From contig JACKHP010000024.1 of the NCBI GenBank assembly GCA_020638905.1, positions 228-64,227 of the forward strand: a stretch of DNA of 64,000 nt, read 5' to 3'. Positions 9,072-16,349 of the stretch are shown here, piece after piece. The DNA is from Planctomycetota bacterium. Lineage in GTDB: Bacteria; Planctomycetota; B15-G4. Position 1 is the first letter of the stretch. Every line of letters starts with the position of its first letter. The position numbers and the translations under genes are program-made. The notes under the pieces are model-generated. The model saw only the letters and a list, made by a program, of their open reading frames with translations, did not search any database and had not been told where the DNA came from.

Positions 9072-10511
9072 GTGCCGGCCGACGCGCCCCGTGCGCTGCG
9101 TCTGGAACTCGACGCGCCGCCTGGCGGCGGCTGCGCGCTGGCCGAGGCCGCGTTCGTCCCCGCCGCGCTCGCGCGCGACGCGCGGGCGCAGGCGCCGCGG
9201 CGCGTGCTGCTGGTCACGAGCGACACCCACCGCGGCGACCACCTGGGCGCGTCGGGCAGCGGCGTTCCGGTGCGCACCCCCAACCTCGACGCGCTCGCCG
9301 CGCGCGGGACGCTGTTCCTCGACTGCTGGGTCTCGGCCAACTTCACGAACCCGTCCCACGCCGCGCTGATGACGGGGACGTCGCCGCAGGCGACCGGCAT
9401 CACGAGCAACGACCGCGCCCTCGACGACGCCGCGCCGACCCTCGCCGAACGCTTCGCCGCCGCCGGCTTCCGCACCTTCGCGGCGCTCTCGGCGCACCAC
9501 CTCGGCGACGCCGTCTCGGGCCTGGGACAGGGCTTCGACCGCGTCGCGTGGCCCGACGCGAGCCAGCGTCCGTCGGGCGAGACGCTCGACGCGCTGCTGC
9601 CCTGGCTCGACGAAGCCGACGACGACCCGCGCCCGCTGTTCGTCTGGCTGCACGTGTTCGACGCGCACCTGCCGTACGTCCCGCTGCCCGAGTTCGAGCG
9701 GCTCGGCTACGACGGACCGGCCGATCCGTTCGACCCGTCGCGTCCGCCGCTGCCCTTCGACGACCGCCTTCCCGCGGGACTGCACGGATTGCGCGACGTC
9801 GAGTTCGCGCGCGCCGAGTACCGCGGCTGCGTGGCGTCCCTCGACCACGAGCTGCGGCGCGTCTTCGGACGACCGGCGCTGGACGACGCGCTCGTCGCGG
9901 TGGTCGGCGACCACGGCGAGTCGCTCGGCGCGCACGACATCTGGTTCAACCACGCGGGACTGTATCCCGACACGCTGCACGTTCCGCTCATCCTCGCCGG
10001 ACCGGGCGTGCCCGCAGGACGCGTCGAGTCGCGTCCCGTGCGGCAGGTCGACCTGGGACGCACGCTGCTCGACCTCGCCGGACTCCCCGACGCGTCGTTC
10101 CCCGGGCGCTCGCTCGTCGCGCCGGCCGCCGACGACGACGGGACGCGCTTCGCGTTGGCGTCCCACGCCACGTCGGCCTCGATCACGCGCGGGCGCCACC
10201 ACCTCGTGCTGCAGCTCGTCGACCACCACCAGCGCTGGCACGCCCACGACGTCGAGCTCTACGACCTCGTCGACGATCCGGACTGCACGCGCGACGTGAC
10301 CGACGCGCAGCTCGACGTGGCGCGCGAACTGCGCGCACGCCTGATCGCCTGGCTCGACGCCGCGGGATGCGCGCGCTGGGCCGGCCGCGTCGACGACGAC
10401 GCCGCGCTCCACGAGCAGCTCGCCGCGCTGGGCTACGTCGAGGGCGCCGATGCGTCCGACGCGCCGCTCTTCGTGCCGGACGACTGCGCGTCGTGCCGGC
10501 GCTTCCGCTGA
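9072..10511 (+). CDS. Alkaline-phosphatase-superfamily hydrolase (sulfatase/NPP-like), paralog of 1665..3035
   Basis: GTG 9072. RRVLLVTSDTHRGDHLG, FTNPSHAALMTGTSPQATGI and VVGDHGESLGAHD blocks are present. It has no signal peptide of its own (see the pseudogene upstream). Confidence 0.7.
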   Translation: MPADAPRALRLELDAPPGGGCALAEAAFVPAALARDARAQAPRRVLLVTSDTHRGDHLGASGSGVPVRTPNLDALAARGTLFLDCWVSANFTNPSHAALMTGTSPQATGITSNDRALDDAAPTLAERFAAAGFRTFAALSAHHLGDAVSGLGQGFDRVAWPDASQRPSGETLDALLPWLDEADDDPRPLFVWLHVFDAHLPYVPLPEFERLGYDGPADPFDPSRPPLPFDDRLPAGLHGLRDVEFARAEYRGCVASLDHELRRVFGRPALDDALVAVVGDHGESLGAHDIWFNHAGLYPDTLHVPLILAGPGVPAGRVESRPVRQVDLGRTLLDLAGLPDASFPGRSLVAPAADDDGTRFALASHATSASITRGRHHLVLQLVDHHQRWHAHDVELYDLVDDPDCTRDVTDAQLDVARELRARLIAWLDAAGCARWAGRVDDDAALHEQLAALGYVEGADASDAPLFVPDDCASCRRFR

Positions 10512-10538
10512 CGCGGGGACGCCCGAGGTCGACCCCGC

Positions 10539-11234
10539 TCAGCGACGACGCGCGACGAGGAGCGTCGAGCCCGGACGCGGCAGCCCCGCGGCGCGCGCCT
10601 CGGCCAGCAGATCGTCGCGCTGCGCGCGGTCGACGTCGTCGGGCGCCAGGCCCGTCAGGCGCGCGTCGAACTCACGCACCACGGCGGCGAGCGGCGCCGC
10701 CTCGGACGCGACGCAGCGGGTGTGCCGCACGCTCCAGCGACCGTCCGGCAGCAGCTCCACCAGCCCGTGCGGGGACAGGTCGTCGCCATGCACGCGTCCG
10801 AGGCGCCGATCCTGCCGGCGCAGCCAGTCGTCGAGTCGCGCACCGAGCGCCCAGCCCGGGGCCGCCGGATCGCGCCAGGGCTCGGCCAGCAGGATGCCCG
10901 TGCGCGCCACGCGCGCGGCCTCCGCGACGGCCACCACCGGGCGGGCCAGGTGGTGCAGGACGTGCCGCAGCACGACCCAGTCGAACGCGCCCGTGGCGAA
11001 CGGCAGCACCTCGGCGTGCGCGCGCACCACGCGCAGTCCGTCCTGGACGCAGGCGCGCAGCCCCCCCTCGTCGGCCTCGATGCCCACGGCGTCGACGCCC
11101 GCGCGCCGCAGCGCGGCGAGCACGCCGCCCTCTCCGCAACCGACGTCGAGCACGCGACCCGGCTGCTCCTGGAGCAGGCGAGCCACGAGCTGCTCGCGGA
11201 GTTCGGCGCGGCCATTCGAGGGGACGACGGTCAT
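10539..11234 (-). CDS. Class I SAM-dependent methyltransferase
   Basis: Motif I RVLDVGCGEGGV. Post-I GVDAVGIEAD. FDWVVLRHVLHHL. Confidence 0.85.
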   Translation of the reverse strand: MTVVPSNGRAELREQLVARLLQEQPGRVLDVGCGEGGVLAALRRAGVDAVGIEADEGGLRACVQDGLRVVRAHAEVLPFATGAFDWVVLRHVLHHLARPVVAVAEAARVARTGILLAEPWRDPAAPGWALGARLDDWLRRQDRRLGRVHGDDLSPHGLVELLPDGRWSVRHTRCVASEAAPLAAVVREFDARLTGLAPDDVDRAQRDDLLAEARAAGLPRPGSTLLVARRR

Positions 11235-11507
11235 GCAGGTTGCCCGGAGTGAGCCCAGAGCCTACCAGGGCTCGGCCACGGCGCCTCCGAGTGTCGCGCC
11301 CCGAGGCGACGCGAGATCCGCGGAGCCACCCGGGGATTCCGATGCAACACGCGCGCCCCCGGCGGGGACTCCTCGACGAAGGGGCCGACGACTCGGGTCG
11401 CGGCCCTCCGTCGCTCCCGAACCGCGCCGCGACGGGTCGACGCGTGACTTCGCGCGCATCCTCGACCGACCCGCGCCCGCACCCACCACGAAAGGGGAAG
11501 CAACCTC

Positions 11508-13070
11508 ATGGCACGATCCTCCACGTCCCGCCCCCCGAACGCCTGGCTCGCCGCCGCCGCGCTGGCGCTCGCCTCGGTCCCCGCCGCGGCCCAGGGCAAC
11601 GGCTCGAACTTCTTCGTCCTGCACAACGGCGTCGACGCCGTGTACGCCGGCCTCGGCGCGGGCGGCACGCAGACCGCCGCCGACGGCATCGGCACGTGGG
11701 TCATGGGCGAAGACCTCAAGGGCGCCACCCGCACGCAGCTCGGCGACTGGGGCTTCAAGCTGCAAGGCCTGACCGAGAACGTGTGCGTGCTCGGCAGCGC
11801 GAGCGGCCCGTTCACCTTCGGCCAGCTCGCGATCGTCTTCCCCAACATCGCGCTGGTCGAACTCGACGGACGCAACGGACACGTGCCCGACGTGTTCACC
11901 GTGCCGCAGTGCGCGGGCGCCGCGCTGCCCGGCATCACGAGCGCCGGCTTCATCCCCTACGGCTCGCCGGCGGTGGGCTCGACGACGTTCCTGCTCTCCG
12001 GATACCCGTCGGCGGCGGCGTTGCCCTCGTCGCTCTCGATCCTGCTGCCCAACGGTGGACTCGTCCCGTCGTCGCTGGGCGGCACGGCCACGCTCGTGGG
12101 CAGCACCGGCCTGGCCGCGCTCGGCATCGGCTCGACAGGCTTCTGCTGGACGATCGACTTCACCTGGACGCCGTCCGCTCTTCCGCTGCTCGACGACGTC
12201 GACGGCCTCTGGCACTACGCGCACGTCTCGCCCGACGACAACCAGTACTGGGCCATGTCGACGAACGAGCTGAACGCCTGGCAGTCGCAGTCGGTGGTGC
12301 TCGACGGCGGCGCGACGCTGCAGGCCTTCTTCTCGAGCCTCGACTACGGCCTGCTCTACCGTTCGGTCGATCCGGTCACCGAGGACGCGCTGCAGCCGTC
12401 GGCCCCCGGCGGCGGCGTCTACTACGCGACCACGATCGACGCGGCGGGCGGCAACCCGGGCGCCCCGGGCGCCGGCTTCGACCTCGGGCGACACATCGCG
12501 TGGAGCCAGTCGGGCAGCACGGCATACCTTGCGAAGACTCCCGGCCTCGCGAACCAGGATCCGGCCGGCGGACCCTTCCCGACCGCCATCCCGACCTTGG
12601 GCTTCTGCACCTGGAACGACGAGCAGTACAACGGCCCCGGTTCGCCGCCCCCGGGGGGCTATCGGCTCACCTGGCTGACGCTCGACTGGGACGCGACCTT
12701 CGGCGTCGACCCGGCGCTGGCCGGCGAGGCGACCAAGTTCCTGGGGACGGTGCGCGTGCCCTCCACGATCCCGGTCAGCATCCCCACGCCCTGGCCCCAG
12801 CCGATCACGACGGTGCTCTTCCCGTTGCTCGTGCACGACACGGTGCTGCACGTCGGCGACCCGCAGTGGCCCGACCCGAACGGCAACCCGGCCGCGAACG
12901 TGGGAGGCACGAGCCCGCACATCCCCCTGCTGCTCGGCTCGGTCTGCATCGGCGCGCCGGTGGTGCTGCAGTTCGGCAGCTCGGGTCTCGCCGGTCCGGC
13001 CGGCCCGCTGGTCTGGGACCCTGACGTGAACGCACCGAGCATCACGCAGCAGATCGCCTACCTCGACTGA
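11508..13070 (+). CDS. Secreted hypothetical protein (no family recognised)
   Basis: ATG is preceded by purine-rich AAAGGGGAAG. Signal WLAAAALALASVPAAAQG. 520 aa, Gly/Pro/Ser/Thr/Leu-rich with very few Lys. It is followed by a strong hairpin. Confidence 0.75.
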   Translation: MARSSTSRPPNAWLAAAALALASVPAAAQGNGSNFFVLHNGVDAVYAGLGAGGTQTAADGIGTWVMGEDLKGATRTQLGDWGFKLQGLTENVCVLGSASGPFTFGQLAIVFPNIALVELDGRNGHVPDVFTVPQCAGAALPGITSAGFIPYGSPAVGSTTFLLSGYPSAAALPSSLSILLPNGGLVPSSLGGTATLVGSTGLAALGIGSTGFCWTIDFTWTPSALPLLDDVDGLWHYAHVSPDDNQYWAMSTNELNAWQSQSVVLDGGATLQAFFSSLDYGLLYRSVDPVTEDALQPSAPGGGVYYATTIDAAGGNPGAPGAGFDLGRHIAWSQSGSTAYLAKTPGLANQDPAGGPFPTAIPTLGFCTWNDEQYNGPGSPPPGGYRLTWLTLDWDATFGVDPALAGEATKFLGTVRVPSTIPVSIPTPWPQPITTVLFPLLVHDTVLHVGDPQWPDPNGNPAANVGGTSPHIPLLLGSVCIGAPVVLQFGSSGLAGPAGPLVWDPDVNAPSITQQIAYLD

Positions 13071-13105
13071 TCGGGACCGCACTCCGGTCTCTTGCATCCT
13101 CGGCC

Positions 13106-13155
13106 GCGCGGGCCCGACACCCGGAGGGACTCCACCCCCCGCGTCGGGCCCGCGC
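13106..13155 (+). terminator. Stem-loop terminator candidate
   Basis: GCGCGGGCCCGAC (13106..13118) is perfectly complementary to GTCGGGCCCGCGC (13143..13155), with a 24-nt loop. It is followed by TCTCTC and starts 36 nt after the stop at 13070. Confidence 0.55.
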
Positions 13156-13241
13156 TCTCTCGGGACGTCGATCCGCGGCGTCGTCGTGGCGCCGCGCCCG
13201 GAGCAGGCGACGGCCGAGCGGCGACGCGCTACCATCGGCGC

Positions 13242-14048
13242 ATGCAAGCCGTCGTCGAGGACGCAGCCGTGGACTACGCGTCGGCCGTCGCCGACGGCTA
13301 CGTGTCCCAACTCGCCGCGCTGGGGCTGCGTCCCGAGGGGCTGACCCTGCTCGAACTCGGGCCCGGCGCCGACCTCGGACCCGCGCTGCTGCTCGCCGGT
13401 CGCGGCGCGCGCGTCACGGTGGCCGACCCGTGGCTGGCCGATTGCACGGCCCGGCACCTTGCGCTCTACGCGCGTCTCGCCGAGCGCGTCGAGTCGGGCG
13501 ACGCACCCGGACACGCGCGTGCGCTGCGCGCGGTGCTGGCCGAGCGACGCCACGAGGCCGCGCTCCTGACGCTGCGCGCATCGGCCGAACGGCTGGGACG
13601 CGCCCACGGTCTGCGCCCGTGCAGCTTCGACGTGTGCTTCTCGAACGCGGTGTTCGAACACGTCGCCAGTCCGCTGCGCGCGGCGCGCCGGCTGTTCACG
13701 CTCACGCGCCCGGGCGGATACGGATTGCACCAGGTCGACTTCCGTGACCATCGCGACTTCGCACGCCCGCTCGAGCACCTGACCGAGGGCCCGCTGGCGC
13801 GGGCGCTGCGACGCGTGCGTCACCGCGGCGCCCAGGGCAGCGGCTGGCGGCACCCCGCGTACGCCGACGCGCTGCGGCGCGCGGGATTCGAACTGCTCGA
13901 CTTCGAGGACAACCTGCACGCCGCGCCGGAGTACCTCGACGAGGTGCTGCCGCGCCTGCGTCCCGCGTTCGGGCGCCTGCCGCGCGCGACCCTGGCGGTG
14001 CTCTCGGGGCGCTTCGTCGTGCGTCGCCCGGACGGAGTCGCGGCATGA
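13242..14048 (+). CDS. Class I SAM-dependent methyltransferase
   Basis: In-frame ATG 13242 (MQAVVEDAAVDY). Motif I LLELGPGADLG. FDVCFSNAVFEHV...LTRPGGYG. Its stop overlaps the next start. Confidence 0.75.
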   Translation: MQAVVEDAAVDYASAVADGYVSQLAALGLRPEGLTLLELGPGADLGPALLLAGRGARVTVADPWLADCTARHLALYARLAERVESGDAPGHARALRAVLAERRHEAALLTLRASAERLGRAHGLRPCSFDVCFSNAVFEHVASPLRAARRLFTLTRPGGYGLHQVDFRDHRDFARPLEHLTEGPLARALRRVRHRGAQGSGWRHPAYADALRRAGFELLDFEDNLHAAPEYLDEVLPRLRPAFGRLPRATLAVLSGRFVVRRPDGVAA

Positions 14049-15976
14049 CGTCCGTCGACCTTCCGTCCACGCGCCCCGCCCGCGCACGTCCGACGACGCG
14101 CGTGCGCACGTCCCCGGGTCTCCGCCGACGCACTCTCGGCGTGCTGCTCGCGCACGCGTCCCTGGCCGCGTGCCTCGCCGCGCAGGACGACGTCGCCTCG
14201 CGCCCGCTCAACCTCGACTTCGAGCAGCCGGCGAACGAGTCCTCGGCGCTGCCCGGCTGGCTCGACCGCGACGTGCTCCCGCCGGCGCCCGGCGAGGGCT
14301 ACGAGGCCGAGCGCGTCACGCAACCCGTGCACGGCGGACGCGGCGCAGCCTTGCTGGCCCGCCGCGCCGACGCCGGGGCCGACGCCCGCTTCGGCACGCT
14401 CGGCCAGTCGATCTCCTGCGATCCGTGGCTCGGCCGACGCCTGCGCCTCTCGGGCTGGCTGCGCACCGAAGGCGTCACCTCCGGCGCGGGGCTGTGGATG
14501 CGCGTCGACGGCGAGGGCACGACGCTGGCCTTCGACAACATGTCCACGCGCTTCGTGACCGAAGACAGCGACTGGACGCACTGCGAGGTCGTGCTCGACG
14601 TCGATCGCTCGGCGCGACGCATCTCGTTCGGCGTCCTGCTGCTCGGCGAGGGACGCGTCTTCGTCGACGACCTGTCCTTCGAGGTGGTCGACGCGTCGGT
14701 GCCGAGCACGGCGATCCTGTCGCGGCCGCCGCTCGACGACTCACCCGCCCCCGCGGCCGTACGCGACTGGATCACGCGCCGCGCCGTGCGCATCTCGTCG
14801 CTCGAACCCGCCGAGTCCGAGCGCGATCTCGCGTCGTTGCCCGTGCTCGTCGGCGACGCCCGGCTCGTCGTGCTGGGTGAGCCGGTGCGCGCGACGCGCG
14901 AGGTGCTCGCGCTGCAGCGGCGCATCCTCGAACGCCTCGTCGACGAACGCGGCTTCGACACCCTGGCGCTCGACTCCGGCCTGGCCGAGACGCTCTACCT
15001 CGGACTCTACGTGACCCGTGGTCGCGGCGACCCGCGTGCGCTGGCGCGCGAGGTGCTGCCGTGGCACCGCCAGAGCGAGGACGTGCTCGACCTGATCGAG
15101 TGGCTGCGCGAGCGCAACGAAAGCCACCCGCACAACGTGCGCCTGGTGGGCATCGAGGCGCTCGGCGTCGAAGCCGGACTGCGCTCGGTCACGGCCTTCC
15201 TCGAGCGCGTCGACGCGGACCGCGCCGAGCGCTTCGAGAAGGCCTTCCTGCCGCTCAGCGCACTCGAGGACGAGCGCGGCGACGGACCCCGTCCCTCGAA
15301 CGCGACGCTCGAGCTGGCGTCGAGCGAGGCCGACGACCTGCTCGACGCGTTCGACGCGCGCCGGGAGGCGTGGTCCGAGGAGACCTCGAACCGCACGACC
15401 GAACGCGCGCGACAGCTCGTGGTCGTCCTGCGCCAGGTGGTCGCGATGGCGCGTGAACCGGCCCGCGCCGAGGAGCTCCACGTCGCGGCGCTGCTCGACA
15501 ACATCGAGTGGGAGCTCGACCAGGACCCCGAGTCGAAGGTCGTGCTGCTGCTGCACGACCGGCTGCTGCTGCGCGGAGGCGAGACCCCGACCCTGGGCGA
15601 CCGCCTGCACGAGCGCTTCGGCGACGAGGCCCTGCTGGTCGCCACCACCGTGCGCTCGGGGGGATTCCGCGCGTGGCCTGGAGGCGGCGAGCAGATCGAG
15701 ACGTTCGAGCTGCCCGAGCCGCCGACCAGCAGCCTCGAGGCCGCGGTTCCCGAGCTGGGCGTACCGGCCGTGCTGCTCGACCTGCGGGCCCTCCCGCCGG
15801 CCGGTCCGGTGAGGGCGTGGTTCGACGCCCCGCACGTCACGCGCCTCGTCGACGGTTTCTTCCTGGCCCGCAGCCCCGACCTGTTCCTCGAGCGGGTGCG
15901 CCCGGGCAAGGCCTGCGACCTGCTGCTCCAGATCGAGTCGGTGAGTCCCGACCGGCGGCTGCCCGACGACGGCTGA
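14045..15976 (+). CDS. Erythromycin-esterase-family-like protein with N-terminal beta-sandwich-like domain
   Basis: ATGA overlap with the MTase. Signal-like RRRTLGVLLAHASLAACLAAQDD. VVLGEPVRATREVLALQRRILERLVDERGFDTLALD and LLDNIEWELDQDPESKVVLLLHD blocks resemble Ere-family blocks (from memory). Confidence 0.6.
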   Translation: MTSVDLPSTRPARARPTTRVRTSPGLRRRTLGVLLAHASLAACLAAQDDVASRPLNLDFEQPANESSALPGWLDRDVLPPAPGEGYEAERVTQPVHGGRGAALLARRADAGADARFGTLGQSISCDPWLGRRLRLSGWLRTEGVTSGAGLWMRVDGEGTTLAFDNMSTRFVTEDSDWTHCEVVLDVDRSARRISFGVLLLGEGRVFVDDLSFEVVDASVPSTAILSRPPLDDSPAPAAVRDWITRRAVRISSLEPAESERDLASLPVLVGDARLVVLGEPVRATREVLALQRRILERLVDERGFDTLALDSGLAETLYLGLYVTRGRGDPRALAREVLPWHRQSEDVLDLIEWLRERNESHPHNVRLVGIEALGVEAGLRSVTAFLERVDADRAERFEKAFLPLSALEDERGDGPRPSNATLELASSEADDLLDAFDARREAWSEETSNRTTERARQLVVVLRQVVAMAREPARAEELHVAALLDNIEWELDQDPESKVVLLLHDRLLLRGGETPTLGDRLHERFGDEALLVATTVRSGGFRAWPGGGEQIETFELPEPPTSSLEAAVPELGVPAVLLDLRALPPAGPVRAWFDAPHVTRLVDGFFLARSPDLFLERVRPGKACDLLLQIESVSPDRRLPDDG

Positions 15977-16096
15977 GCGCTTCGTCACGGTTCCCCGGAC
16001 ACACGCGCCATTTGCTTCGATATCAACATCTGTCGACGCGATAATCGCCGATGACAGCCACTCATCGCGCCAAAATCGACGCAGATCGCATCGACG

Positions 16097-16126
16097 GTCG
16101 CATTCATCACAGAATCAGAATGCGAC
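16097..16126. promoter_or_regulatory. Inverted repeat (operator-like) in AT-rich intergenic region
   Basis: GTCGCATTC-N12-GAATGCGAC forms a 9-bp perfect arm pair. It lies in the unusually AT-rich gap 15977..16349, upstream of 16350. Confidence 0.3.
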
Positions 16127-16349
16127 AAAAGAGCTTGTGATCGCGACGAGCTTCGTGGCAGCCTCGACCGCGGTCCGGGAGGCGGTCGGCCACGCCTCTC
16201 CAGACCGTCACTGGCCTGAACCGTCAGGCGACATCGGGCACGGCCGCCGGTAAGACGGCTTCCCTTCGCCGTCGCGCGGCCCTCCCCGATCTTGCGGGGC
16301 CGCGCGGTCGCCGCGCCTCCTCGAAGCAGCACGCACCAGGATCTCCACC

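Noticed and set aside
4671-13024. Two consecutive + ORFs of identical length (4671..8849 and 8846..13024, both 1392 aa)
   Set aside because: They are in different frames, both are Arg-rich junk for most of their length, and they are not similar to each other. I treat the equal length as coincidence.
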